Assembly: GCA_964270895.1 (NCBI GenBank)
Contig: OZ185439.1
Reading direction: 5' to 3' (one strand)
DNA: 64,000 nt
Origin: Podarcis filfolensis
Taxonomy: Eukaryota
The notes beneath the pieces are model-generated. The model searched no databases, had not been told where the DNA came from, and saw nothing but the letters and a program-made list of their open reading frames with translations. The position numbers and the translations under genes were made by a program. Positions 12,591-25,566 of the stretch are shown piece after piece. Numbering within the stretch: the first letter of the stretch is position 1; every line of letters starts with the position of its first letter.

Positions 12591-15154
12591 CTGCAATTTG
12601 CATCCCTCCTTCACTGGGGAAATCCAATTATTCTCTCACATAGTATATTTGTTTCTATTAGGATGACTTATTTTCCACTGCTTGTGATGTTTAGGGAAGT
12701 TTTTAATGTTTGATCGTGTTTTTAGTATTCTCTTGGGAGCCACCCAGAATGGCTGGGTGAACCCTGCCAGATGAGCGGGGTATAAATTTATTATTATTAT
12801 TATTAATTATTATTATTCTTTAGATGGGACAATGAGAAGAGGCTGGTTCACTCTTCTGAATTACAAACAGCAGCAGCTGAACTTTTCAGACAGCACGCAG
12901 CAAATAGTAGAGGGGATAGCAGAAGGCATTTGGGATCAGTTCAGTTTCTTGTGTGTGATTACACAGTATGTGATTACGAAGTCACATATAAAGTCAGCCA
13001 CAAGGTTTATTGCGGCACACTTTGAAAAGTACTTTATAGTGCTGCACTTAGTGAGTTTAAGTGGGTCCTTACTGTTTGTTTCATGGTTTATATCCAGGAA
13101 TATGTTTTTTGCATCGCTTGGAATCACCATGCTGACTGGGATTGATTGGAGTAGCCAAAAACATCTGGAGGTGTAATATGTGCAAAGCCCAAGATGTACA
13201 GAGTATGGGTTGCTTTGAAAGTTTAAGGTACACATTATACTTTTAAATATAGTGTGTACTTTTGTCCTCTCTTCCCAGATCATCTTTTTCACTGATACCA
13301 GCCCAGGCTATAGTTGCAAAGAAACTGAGAACTAGTCAGTCAAGTTGTGTTGGCAATGTTATGCTCCAAGAGGGATTTATGAGTTTTTGAAAAGCTGCCT
13401 CTGGGAACAAGAACAGTTGGGAAGTCTTTCATCCTATTTTTAGAGTTTCTCCCTCTGTGTGGGGAGCTGGCTGTGAAGACTGAGAGTGGACTTTGTTGAT
13501 TTTAGATGCCCAGGACACACAACGTAGTTGGACACTGCTTGGTAAATGAAGAGCTTTGCTGCAGAGTTTTTTCCTTGCTCAGTTCCGTACAAACTGGAGT
13601 TCCCGAATTACCATAAATCCTGGCATGGACCAAGCTGTGGTTAGGCCAGAGCACTCTGATCTGGCTCCAAGCTCCAGATTTCATAGCCATGGAGGCTGAG
13701 AGTTGCTTAGGAGTACACTCTAGGAGTGCAAGATTCTTAAGAGACAAATTGTATGTGATGGTTGCCATTGCCCCTTCAGCAAAATTGGGTTTGCCATTGA
13801 ATTCCTGTCAAGTGGTGTTAAGGCTTAAACCACAACATGGGTAGGTTAGAGGCAGGAGCTGAATCCACTCGCTTCATTTTTCCTGACCCTCTGAAACAGC
13901 CTTTCAATATCATCTTTCCGCTGGTGAGATACCATGAGTTGAAGTAATTCTAGGAGGAAACATCTTTAAACTATGTTTCTTGGGGTGGAAGAATTATTGA
14001 GAGAGAGAAGGTTCAGACACTTTCAATGGTTTTGTGATTTTAGGCTGCTTTTACTCTTGGGAAGGCCTTGCAATAGGGTTGTTTAGATCCAATTTGTCAA
14101 TATGTGTGATTGGCACACAAGGATCCACACACTTCTGTTTTTTCACTCACCATTTTATTGCTTTGCTGCTTCTTGTCATCCATACCACTGGGTGGAGTTT
14201 GGTAGAAATATCCTGGGTATGTTTGGGATTTTTCTGTCCTCTCAATCATTCCTCCCCTAGTTATCGTACAAAATTTAAAAGCAGTTTGCTTGGTCTATTT
14301 TTTAAATGAAAAATATATTTGTTTTTGCAGAATTGTAATTTAACAGAATTGAGGCTAAGAATGGCTTTTGTTGTAAGGGTTTTAGAAATGGACTGACAGT
14401 GTAATCCTATGCAATGTTTACTCAGAAGTAAGCCCCACTGGGTTCTTACTCCCAGCTTCCAGAATCCAGACTGTTGCTATTTTGTGAGTCTGATACAGCT
14501 GTATACCAACAAATTTAGGTTGCACAATTGAAGTGCATTTGGTGCTTTTGCGCACACGCACACACACACACAAAACCCCCACATCCCCCAAAATTCACAG
14601 AATGTATGTGGTAAGAAAAGGGATGGGAATGTGCACTGGAAAATGTGGAATAAGGGCAATGATGGGCAATACCATACAATGGCTGTGCAAACAAATTGGA
14701 ATGAAAACTCAACAAACAACAATGTCATATAATCTCCACCCAGATTTTGTGCAAACAAAGCAGGATGACTACTTAATAAACAGGTTGTCTGGAGAAGCAC
14801 TTGAAACTCTGCAGCTAGTGCAGGCTGGTCCTTCCCTACCATGATGGGATAGAAAGTTGTTAGCATGATCTTTAGTTCCACATGAAACCCGCCCCCCATT
14901 TATTTTTATTAATGTTCAGAATATTATGGAACCACAGAAACATGTAAACAATAACAAAAAAATCAATAATATATCCAACTAAAAGCAGGGTATACAAAAC
15001 CTAAACATATAAAATAATAACAATGATCTGTTCTGATAGTGGAGCAAGAGGTAAAGATAAATAATCAATTCCTCTTTCTGCTCTATAGCTTAAAAAACTG
15101 TATTAGTGTGGTGGAGCACCCCACTCCTCAGGTTCAGGACTGAGTGGGAGGAAA

Positions 15155-15472
15155 AAGGTAAAGGTAAAGGGGCCCCTGACCATTAGGTCCAGTCTGGGGT
15201 TGCAGCGCTCATCTTGCTTTACTGGCCAAGGGAGCTGGCGTACAGCTTCCGGGTCATGTGGCCAGCATGACTATGCCGCTTCTGGTGAACCAGAGCAGCA
15301 CACGGAAACGCCATTTACCTTCCCGCTGGAGCGGTTCCTATTTATCTACTTGCACTTGGACGTGCTTTCGAACTTCTAGATTGGCAGGAGCTGGGACCGA
15401 ACAACGGGAGCTCACCCCGTCGCAGGGATTCGAGCCGCCAACATTCCGATCAACAAACCCTAGGCTATGTGG
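15155..15472 (-). mobile_element. Sauria (Squam1-type) SINE, antisense
   Basis: Reverse complement of the copies at 27070/48717; AAAGGT-repeat tail at the left end. Confidence 0.9.
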
Positions 15473-15779
15473 TGGAAAACTCATTGCCAAACCCCCAAAT
15501 CTGACAATTACCAGATTGCATGAGAATGTTGGGGGGGAATCGGGTTTGGGAGAATTTTAATTTTAGCAAGGTGCTAAGAATTCCCCCTTAGAACTCATTG
15601 GCATGCATACGCACACACCTATTAGAATGCTGCCATTTTCAGGGGGTGACATCTAAATGTGTCCATCTACTTGCACAGCAGGATTTCCCCTTCCTCTCTT
15701 CCACCTGCACCCTTAAATGGTGTGGGACCTTCCAGAGTAAATGGGGGTTTGAAGGTTGGAGGGGAGAGAAGAGGAAGGA

Positions 15780-16625
15780 GAAGTACTATTGTGTAAGTGG
15801 AATCCCATTCATGTAACATTGGGTATCATCCAGAGAAGTCTGTTCTCCCCCTTTTTGGGCAGGTGGCTTTGTGGGCAGGACCTGGGCCTCCCTGGTAAAC
15901 TGGCCTATCGCAGGCCAGATCGTATTTCTGCCGCCAAATGGGCCAATGGCGGCAGGAGTTAGTGGGTGTTCCCCTGAGTGTGGGACCAACCAACCAATTG
16001 CGGCCCTTGGCACCACGCCCAGGGGAAGTTTAAATGCCTGGCTGGCAGGGCTTTTCTGCCTTTCTCTCACTGCGTCCGTTCTCCCACCCACCCACCCTCG
16101 GATTAGGGTTTTTCATGGATGGTTTGACCTTGCTATGGACAATGTCAGCCACCTAAATTTTCAGGGGCCGGGCAGGAATTTTTTCCACTTGATTAATTGG
16201 CACCACCACTTGGGTTTTCGCCTACCTCGTAGCAATCGTCACAACTTTGTAAGGCGGATAGGCATTGGGTAAGCCTTGGTTGGAGGTGAGGTGGTAGCCT
16301 CTGCCTGCCCCTCCATGGGTAAGGGTATCCTGTTAAAAGAATCCAGGAGGAGTGGCTCCTGTCCGATACCCAGACGTGGGCTAGGGCCATACTACTCCTC
16401 CAATGGGGACCACTTGACGGATGCCCCGATTGACATAGGGTGTGTGCCCCCCCCCCCCCGCCGCTGCCATCTTCATCCTTAGAAACACTCCCAGCAGATG
16501 GGCAGGAGTGACATGTGCAGTTGCTTACCACACTGCCTATGTCCAAACCTCACATCTGTAACCAATAGAGTTGTGGCCTTTTTTGATTCTAAATCAGTAT
16601 CCTGTGTGGTGTCTAGTTATTTGCA
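15780..16625 (+). mobile_element. Unclassified GC-rich LTR-like remnant (DIRS/Ngaro- or ERV-like?)
   Basis: Abrupt GC/CpG rise; ends in an AATAGAGTTGTGGCC motif resembling 58338-58350; no coding homology recognised. Confidence 0.3.
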
Positions 16626-16822
16626 CCTTAGGGAACAGGGTGGTCATGGAGCCTCGATATGCAAATGAAAAGCTGATAGTCTATGGCTGTGTACATCCTC
16701 CATACATTTAAAGGACATCATTTCCCCCCAAAGAATCCTTCTGTAGTTCATTAAGAGTGCTGGAAATTGTAGATCTTTGAAGGATAATGGTTCCTAGGAT
16801 GATTTGGTGTTTGTGCTTTAAA

Positions 16823-16991
16823 CAGTGGCGTAGCGTGGGTTGTCAGCACCCGGGGCAAGGCAAGTAATTTGCACCCCCTAACCCATGGATTTGCGCCCCC
16901 TAACCCATGGATTTGCGCCCACTAACCCTAACCCCCAGATGTTGCGCCCGGTGCGGCCGGCCCCCCCTGCACCCCCCACGCTATGCCACTG
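16823..16991. mobile_element. hAT-type MITE
   Basis: TIRs CAGTGGCGTAGCGTGGG / CCCACGCTATGCCACTG, perfect 8-bp TSD GCTTTAAA, internal 22-bp tandem (about 2.8 copies, 16867-16928). Confidence 0.9.
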
Positions 16992-18433
16992 GCTTTAAAT
17001 GTATGGTGCATGCAGCATTCTTTGTGGAGAAATGTCTCCATGAAAGAGTTGTTTCTCTCCAAATATTGGGCTTGAGGCACCTTTTTCTCAGTCAATTGCA
17101 TTCTTCAAATACAAGCAGATACCCTCGCTCCAGCTTCTCCCAACGATAGCATCTCACATGAGTGTACATAGTTCTTTATTTTGTTATTTGCCTACAAACT
17201 GTACCCCAGAAAACTTGGTGAAATGAGGGAAGGAAACCAGATGGAAACTGCTCAGTTTGATAGGAGCAGGAGAGCCTGTTTGCTCTGTTGCTCTATTACT
17301 AGGTTTCATGTTCTCATTCCAGATTTTTTTTTTCTTTTCCAAATGTTAGAGGCAGAGGAAGGGCAAAGTCTCTGGAAGGCCAGGATGATGGCATTTGTGC
17401 TGATGAATGTGGCAGATGGAATGAGCAATTTCTATTTTAAGATTGCAGGAAAAGCTTGGAGCTGATCCCCAGAGGCTGATAAAGGTCCAACAAGTGTCTA
17501 GACAGCTCATACCTCCCAAAAAAAGATAGGCATTTCTTCCTTTTCCCTGCTCCTCCACTTTGCAGGGGGGACACGGAAGACGAGGATGTTATGCTAGACT
17601 CACCATTAGCAACTATGCAGTTTTTAAAAAGTAGGGGTACACTGGGGGAAGGGGTTTGTTTTCATTGGGACAACAGCACACTGGGAGGGAAAGGTTAACC
17701 CTATCCTCCCCATGTCACCTAGGTCCTGATGAAAGGACCCCATTTGTTGCTATTAACTGCCAGCTGGCAGGAAGTGGAGTGCCTGGCTTTTGGCCAATGG
17801 GGGATGAGTATTTCCCTTGCATTGAGAACACTGCCCCCTACTGTTGTGGTTGGGGATTTGCTGGAGCAATACAGTTCGGCAAGGGAAGACGGTTCTCATG
17901 TATGGCAATGCGGGGGAAGGAAAAGACTTGGGGTATTTGCAGCAGGTCCTTTGGCTATATCAGCCCCACACTCACTCCAGTTATTTGAGTGGAGGCTGTT
18001 GTTACCTATCCCAATTTGACGTACCCATTTAGGGTTGTAAGGAGATAAGTCTTGGTACTGTGCTCAAGCTTAGGCCGTTCTTTGCAGAGTAGTCCCTTTG
18101 TGTGCAATATGTCCGTTCTACGTCGTTTCACGTTACTGGAGTTGCCCCTTGTGAGGGCTAGGTGTGAATGCCATGAGACGAGAGAGAGGACACACACTAA
18201 GCAGCTGTCATCTGAGTTATGGTCTCCCTATGTGGGGTTTGCATCAACAATGGGGTTGTGGCCATGGGCTGAAGGGATATAGGGTGTGGCATAAGTGTGC
18301 CCCTTTCGTGTGCTGACCAAACCCCCTTTTCAGCTTTTCCATGGTGGTAACTGTCATGCTGTTGGTATCCCTATTGATAGCCCAGGAGGGAACTTTCTCC
18401 TTCACTCTCTCTTCTCTGCTTTTCCCTTTTTAG

Positions 18434-18585
18434 ATCCGTAAAAGAAGCAAAGCATGCCGTGGGGGCTTATGGGAAAATGATGAACTGGTAACCATCAACG
18501 GGAAATCATGTGCTGGCCTCTCACATGCCAGCGCCATGCAGATCATCGACTCCTCAAATGGCATCCTCAACATTGTTGTTAAAAG
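18434..18585 (+). CDS. SYNPO2L: SYNPO2L exon 2, PDZ C-half
   Basis: Pyrimidine tract + TAG acceptor; IRKRSKACRGGLWENDELVTINGKSCAGLSHASAMQIIDSSNGILNIVVK; donor AG|GTAAA; 152 nt, phase 0 to 2. Confidence 0.95.
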
Positions 18586-20865
18586 GTAAATGATAACAGC
18601 TGTTGGCTCTTGGTGTCAGCTGAGCACGGTGAAAAATGCAGCACCCTGTTAAGGTAGCACAAACTGATTTTGATTAAATGTTCAATGTAATTATATATGT
18701 GATTTCATATACCTTCCCAGCTATGCCTGTCCCAGAATGCATGCGAGTGTCATATGAAAATGACTCCCCCCGCTAACAGTACAGGGACTCTTTTTCATTA
18801 TATGTAGTCTGTTTTTTTAAAAACCTCAGAATGACTCATATTAGGCTTCTGGACATGTTGGACATTCAGAGTGTGACCAGGCTGGCCTGTTTAAAAGAAG
18901 ATGTCAGACGTGTAAGAAAAGCTTTCCTGCACCGTATTCCAAGTGCCTGATGTCTCTTTTAAGCCACAGCTGTCTTGCCTTCTAATACAGCATTAGGACA
19001 CTAGTGATCCTTGTGGCCTGAGCGGGTGTTGCATTGACATGCTATTATTGCACATTCAGTAGCTGAGAGCCTGGTTTAAATTTGAAGCCAGCTACATGGA
19101 ATGCTGCATGGGTAAATTCTTGCTTGCTCAGCACTTAGTGTAAATAGGATCAGTGTAATAGCATCATGTATCCGAGTTCTCATTCTGAAGGCTTATGGTT
19201 ACTTTACTGTTATATTTTTTATAATTGCATTGGAGGGTAGATATCAAGAATATGTGAGCCAGGTAGGTAGGTAGGTAGGTAGATAGATAAATAAATAAAT
19301 AGATACATTGATCAACACCACGCCAAAGACTTATATGAAAATGTGGGAAAATAAGATAGACACTCTTGTGGAGATTGTTAAGCAGTTATAAAACAAAAGG
19401 CAAAAGGTTAGGTTAAACAGTTTTCATATTTCAGGAAAGTTAGCAATGCTATACCCAAATAACCTGTACCAAGACTGTTGCTATTTAACTTATATATCAG
19501 GAGTAAGACGTGGACAGTGAGTGAGGAGAGAACCCCTGTGGGCTTGAGTCTTCTTCTTTGAATGCAGCTCCTTGTTGTTTTGCTGATAAACAGGCCACCA
19601 TGGCTGCCCTCTGGAAGCATGGAGATAAACTGTTCAACAACATAGAAAGGAAAAATTCCGCTGAGCTAATGCAAACGCTTGAGTGAACCAGAGCAGCTCT
19701 TTAGATCCCAGCCACTCGGCTCAGTCAGCATGAGCCCCACTGGAAAAACTCATGTCTGTCAACTGAGCCTTAGTTTAAAGTTGTATTCCTGGCAACAGTG
19801 CCTGCATCATCACTAGCAGTGCCAATGCAGCCTGTATGGCCTTTTGGCAGCTTTCTCTGGGCTGGAGTATGCTTGTGGGCCCTCTATTAAGAAAGATGTC
19901 CAACGTGTAAAGAATTTTATTCTGACACAAGGTCAACATTAATTAAAGGATAAGTTGCACCCATGGGACACTGCTATGCATGCTCATTTGTATAAAAATT
20001 AAAGTAGTTAACAATTTTCTCATTTATCAATTGGATGCAGTTAGCAGCTTCATTAAGTGTGCCACAACAACGATAAAGCATAACACTGTAGGCTTAGGCA
20101 ATTTCGACCATTTTCACATAAGGTGGCACTATTTATTTTTAAAATGCATTGATCTGATCCTAGATCATCTGGTACTTGCCCCTCCTGTTACTTGCATGTA
20201 TCTCAGTGGTGAATGTCAGATTTTGCACACACGAGAGGCCATGTTTAGTCCCCTGGCTCTCCCGTGAAAAGGACTGTGGATAGCAAGGCTGGGAAAGACC
20301 TCTGGTTGTTTGCCAAAACAGATGTGACCCAGGATCAGATTTCCTGATTACTTTCTTTAAGCAGCAGTGGGGAAGGAGGGTGCTCTCCTTTGGATTGGAA
20401 TCACAGTGCTCAGAAAGGAGGCGTTGACACATTTTCCTGGGTGCTATCAGTGTCGCTTCTTAGGTCAAAACTGGAGGCCCTGGTTGCTGCTTTAAAGAGA
20501 AATAAAATGTTGGGAAATCCAGTTCCTCTCTTCCACGTCATCCGTATTTCAGCCTTGAGACATTGGAGAGTACTGCAAATCAAACGAAACTATTAGCTAG
20601 AGTGACCAATGGCCTGACTAGATGGCCTGGTAGATAATACAATCTACCAGACCCCAAACTTGCATCCTAATTCCTTGAGAAATTTCATTTCAAGTTGGAC
20701 TTCTAACTTTAAAATAATTTTCTCAAGAAATTAGAATTCACTATACGAACTTGACAGAGACTTTATCAAGTTGAGATGCACTTTTAATCGGTTTTTCTGT
20801 CAGAGTATGTATATTGTGTATTTACTGTTTGTATAGTGTTTTGTTAATTGAAGTATTCTATAAAT

Positions 20866-21235
20866 CACGGGTGTCCAACCCGTCAATCGCCATCTACTGG
20901 TCCATCCCAGGGAGGTTTTGCTAGATCACGGTCGATCGCTGGCCCCCTTCCAGCCCCGGCCCCTCTCCCTGCACCAGCGTCTATTGTTGCAGAAGGGAAG
21001 CTGGAGTTTAGAAACGGAGGCAGTTATCTGGCCAGCGATCATAAGATTAGTGGCTGCTTCTGTTGCTCCCTCCCTCAGAAGAGCTGCAAAAAAGTCCCTG
21101 CCCCCCTAAAAAATTGGACATTTCCCCTCCCCCCAAAAAAGGTGAACAATTTTGAACCCCTAAAAAACGGGTAGATCACTGCCAGATTTTAATTTTGAAA
21201 GTAGATCACAGTCTCTCAGGAGTTGGCCACCCCTG
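20866..21235. mobile_element. hAT (Charlie-like) MITE
   Basis: TIRs CACGGGTGTCCAAC / GTTGGCCACCCCTG; 8-bp TSD CTATAAAT / CTATAACT. Confidence 0.8.
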
Positions 21236-21579
21236 CTATAACTGTTATGTAGTTGTAGTTTTTTGTTTTGTTTTGTTTCTTTTCTGTGTGGGCACACTTA
21301 TTATGCACAGTATAAGGCAGCTTCATATTTCTCTTTCATTAAGAACTAGCTATTCTCCAAGCATCCAAGGGCATTGTGCATTTTCTTTGTTTCCCATTCA
21401 ACACCATTCTTGCTGGGTTTATTTTTCTTAAAAACTATTTTATAGAAGACTGATAAATATCAAAATCAACAAACAAATAAATTTATATCTCACTTTTCTG
21501 ATAACTGAAGCTAACAAATGATGGATAATTATGTTGAGACCACACTCTAAATAATATGCACAGTTGCAATTGCTTAACC

Positions 21580-21800
21580 TAAAAAAGGAGCTGGAAAAGA
21601 TTCAGAAGACGGCAACCAAAATGAACAAGGGGTTAGCGCAACTCCCCCGTGAGGAAAGGTTATATCATTTGGGGTGTTTTAGTTTTGGGGGGGGAGTGAG
21701 CAAGTGGAGAGATGATAGAGGGGTATAAAATTATGAACGGGGTAGTGAAAGTTGATAGAAAGATTCCCCCCCCCCCCTTCTCAACTTACTAGAACCAAAT
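21580..21800 (+). mobile_element. CR1 LINE 3' fragment
   Basis: gagctggaaaagattcagaagacggcaaccaaaatga... (LEKIQKTATKM) is CR1 RT C-terminus-like. Confidence 0.65.
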
Positions 21801-22027
21801 CCTGTGACAAATTAATCTTATTGGTATACTGTTTTGAGGGCTTTTAGGGGGCCTTTATGGACAATCAAACAGTGTCAACATTTTATGAAATATAGTGAAA
21901 ATAAGATACAAAAATGCATTATATTATTGAAAAATGCCATGCAAAAATGTGCAGATTAGGGAAAACTACTTACATGTGTATATTAGGTGTTGTTCCAGGT
22001 GATGAATTTTTATGAGGACTTTATTTA

Positions 22028-22423
22028 CCGTAGTTTTCCATGTATAAAACTAGATTTTTTTCTTTAAAAATTATGCTAAAACGTGGGAGTCATCTTATAC
22101 ATGGATAGTGCATAGGGTGGGCATTTGATTGGTTGCTGCCTTGGCTGTCAGTGGCTATTTGGCGTGTTATTGGTTTCTGTATCAAGGGCTTGTGTTGATT
22201 GGCTGCTGCTGCAGCAGTTGGGCAGGCGATTGGCAGCTTCTGCCGGTAAGGGGACAGATGAGAGGCGGATTTCACGCCACGTGTGGGTGAGTGATTGTCA
22301 GCAATCCCCCCTAAAAAAAGCTCAACAACCCTGAACCATCTCCCCCCATTTTCTTAAATTTGAGTCCCCCAAAATAGGGGGCACCTTATACATTGGGGGC
22401 GTCTTATACACGGAAAAATACAG
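22028..22423. mobile_element. Tc2/pogo-like MITE nested in an older AT-rich repeat
   Basis: TIR-like ends CCGTAGTTTTCCATGTATAA / TTATACACGGAAAAATACAG; a related copy at about 25870-26040. Confidence 0.65.
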
Positions 22424-22527
22424 CATTTTTATTCTTTTGCGAATCAGTGTGGAAAATTGAACTTAAGATTAGAAAAAGGAGAAACAGAGAGAAACTGAAA
22501 CTAAGAGATTTACCCAGTACTATTAAC

Positions 22528-22561
<34 letters not shown>

Positions 22562-22680
22562 TTTATTTATTTATTTATACCCTGTCCATCTGGCTGGGTT
22601 TCCCCAGCCACTCTGGGCGGCTTCCAACAGACTATTAAAATACAATAGTTTATTAAACATTAAACGCTTCCCTAACAAGC
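22528..22680 (-). mobile_element. L2 3' tail with (TAA)n microsatellite
   Basis: Antisense of the recurring motif gcccagagtggctggggaaacccagccagatgg. Confidence 0.75.
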
Positions 22681-23002
22681 CATATTTCATACTAAGAGGT
22701 TAAACTTCTTCATGAGAGACCAATGGATGCATAACTAGATACCTTTCCGATTTTTGCTTAATTTGTATGAGTGGCCTTCTGACTGCAATATATAGGAGGT
22801 TGGGGATTCACTCTCTGTATCTTCATTAGCCATTGTGTGACACATTTTCATAATTTCCTAACCATAAATTGACTTTGGTTCTCAAAAGAGCTATATTGGA
22901 GATTCTGCACAGGATCCACATAACTGCATGAAATATTCATCTGCTGCTTTGTGTGTAACTGACCCAGAATCTCTTATTTTATTTTATTCTTCTTTCCTAC
23001 AG

Positions 23003-23670
23003 GGTGCTTAGTGGGAACCCATCCATTGAGGGGCTCCTGCGTTCCCCTTCCCCCAGGCAGCTGCAAGTGCCCTCGCCAACTTCACCGCTCAGCCGGGCCT
23101 CCCAGTTGCGCAGTCCTGAACCGGCCGTTCCCCCTGCTGCCCTGGAACCTGAGCAGCAGCCCCGACGGCAGCAGCCCCTGGAGAACATAACCTCACCCCC
23201 TGATAGCGAAGCGTACTATGCCGAGACCGACAGCGACGCTGACAACATTGCCCAGGAAAAGCACCGGAGAGCTCGCAAGAAGACCCCCCGTTCTCCCCCA
23301 GGGGGACCAAACAATAAAGCAGGCGAGCCGCAGGACGAAGTGTCCCTTTCCGAGCTGAGCGGGTATGACAGCACCCCCGAGGCAACAGCGCAAGCTGCAG
23401 AACGTGGAGAAAACCTCAGCGGCGTGGCCAAGAGGGAGATAGTGTGCCAGCCAGGAAGCCGCACTGACACCCCCTTCTCAGAGAGTGAAGCTTTGCTACT
23501 GCAGCCACCCTTACCTGAAGACAGAGAGCCTTCCCCAGAAGCTATGCTCCTCCCACATGCAACTAAGAACATTCGAGCAGAGAGGCACCTCATCCCCATG
23601 ATAGGGCCTGTGGAGCACCCCGTCGATGAAGACCTGACCACCACCTATGCAGAGAAAGCCAAACAAGCCA
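23003..23670 (+). CDS. SYNPO2L: SYNPO2L exon 3
   Basis: Acceptor ttcctacAG; contains SPPDSEAYYAETDSDAD and HLIPMIGPVEHPVDEDLTTTYAEKAKQA as in SYNPO2L; donor CA|GTAAGT; 668 nt, phase 2 to 1. Confidence 0.96.
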
Positions 23671-24022
23671 GTAAGTGTTCCTGGTAGACCTGCTTCCCTT
23701 TCCCCTCTCACCTCTTCCCTCCCTGCCCCTCTCCTTTTTGCAAATTTCAGCTTTTCTTCATGCATAATTTGGATTTCCTTAGTGCAGAATTTTAAGGAGT
23801 ACAGACAGCTCCAGTTATAATTCCGCATTGGTCACTATTACCTTAATATTATCTTCTTTTGAAAATTGTATTGGCTCAAGTTACAACTCAGGAAACCCGA
23901 GAGCTCCGTTAACTGCTTCTCCACGTGAAGTGCAACAGACCCTGATCCTTGCTTTACAACATTTATGTCCACTCAACTTCTTCAGTCTGTGGGACTGGCA
24001 TTGTTACAGCTGCCACATAATA

Positions 24023-24233
24023 CCGTATTGGCCCAAATATAAGCTGCACCTGAATATAAGCCGCTCCCTTAAAATTCCGCAGGCACTCGCACCCATTCTG
24101 TTTTACCATATGTCTGTTTCAGCAGTGATCTCATAAAAGTTGATTTTTGTAAGGTTGCAAATTTAAGCCGCACTTTAACTTTTCACGGTTGGAATTTGGG
24201 GGGAAAGTGAGGCTTATATTCAGGCCAGTACGG
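24023..24233. mobile_element. Tc2/pogo-like MITE
   Basis: TIRs CCGTATTGGCCCAAATATAAGC / GCTTATATTCAGGCCAGTACGG flanked by TA. Confidence 0.75.
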
Positions 24234-25268
24234 TACTTGTTCCACACCTGTAAGAAATCCATCTTTTATTGTGGTGGCACGTATACTTGGGAACTCCTTG
24301 CTTATTGACATCAGGTTGGTGCTGATGTCAGTTGTCTGGGCTATCCTATCCAGACATGCAGAATTTACATGCCATATTTCATTTTAGCTATTGTTGATCT
24401 TAGTCATATTTTGACTATTCCAATACTCATTTATAACTGCTTTATAGCAATATTTTTTAATGTTTTACTTGATATTGTTCTAACCACTTAGAGGTGTGTT
24501 TTATACATTTTGCTAAATATATAAATGTTTGTGTATTCCTACACATGGAAAGGGACAACAGTATGAGAACTAGCTTTCAAAACTACCTTTGTCAGGCACA
24601 AACAATGGTCAACCACATGTCCAAAAAAGCCTCGCCCAAAGTCTAGTTTACTGTTGAAAATTTAGATCTCTGAGTCTTCTTCAGAATCTTCCTGGGGGCT
24701 GCTGCTTTCGCTGCCAAATGATGTTATGGCCCTGCTTCTGGGATGACCTCCAAGTTGCAAGTGGTACTCCTCGTAGATTGCAGCTGGCCTGACTCATTTA
24801 GCTTGCTGCTCAATGATACAATGCCTTGGATCGGGTAAATGATGTCAGCAAAGGGGCTCTGGATCAGTGGTGATTTCTGCTCAGTAAGTGAGCCCAAGCA
24901 GTGACTCAGCAAGATGACAGCATTGACTTCATTTGTTTGGGTGGGGCGTAATGAACTTAATGCAGTTCCCCCGATAAAACAATAAAAATCAAAGAAAATG
25001 TGACGATATGCATACTTTACAATACAAATTTATATCAGGTTTAGATCATATCTAGTCCAGAATCCACTTTGTTCAGATATAACACTAAACAATGGTTTGG
25101 CATTATGTGAATGATCCGCATGCTCACATGCTCCCATTTCCCTCCTCCTGTGGCGCAGCTGTGAGGTGGTGACCAGAAGCTTTCATTTCCAGTTTTTTAA
25201 AATTCTATGTGGTTACCATTGTGTCCAAATCTAGGCAAACTGTGGTTAGTCTTAACTATGGTTTAGTA

Positions 25269-25457
25269 CACGGGTAGGCAAACCACAGCCCGGGGGCTGG
25301 ATCCGGCCCAATGACCTTCTAAATTCGGCCCGCGGACGGTCCAGGAATCAGCGCGTTTTTACATAAGTAGAATGTGTGCTTTTATTTAAAATGCATCTCT
25401 GGGTTATTTGTGGGGCATAGGAATTTGTTCATACATATATATATGTATATATATATA

Positions 25458-25488
<31 letters not shown>

Positions 25489-25566
25489 TCAAAATATAGT
25501 CCGGCCCCCCACAAGGTCTGAGGGACAGTGAACCGGCCCCCTGCTGAAAAGGTTTGCTGACCTCTG
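25269..25566 (-). mobile_element. hAT MITE containing a (TA)/(TG) microsatellite
   Basis: 8-bp TSD GTTTAGTA / GTTTAGTG; reverse complement of the 31514 copy. Confidence 0.85.
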
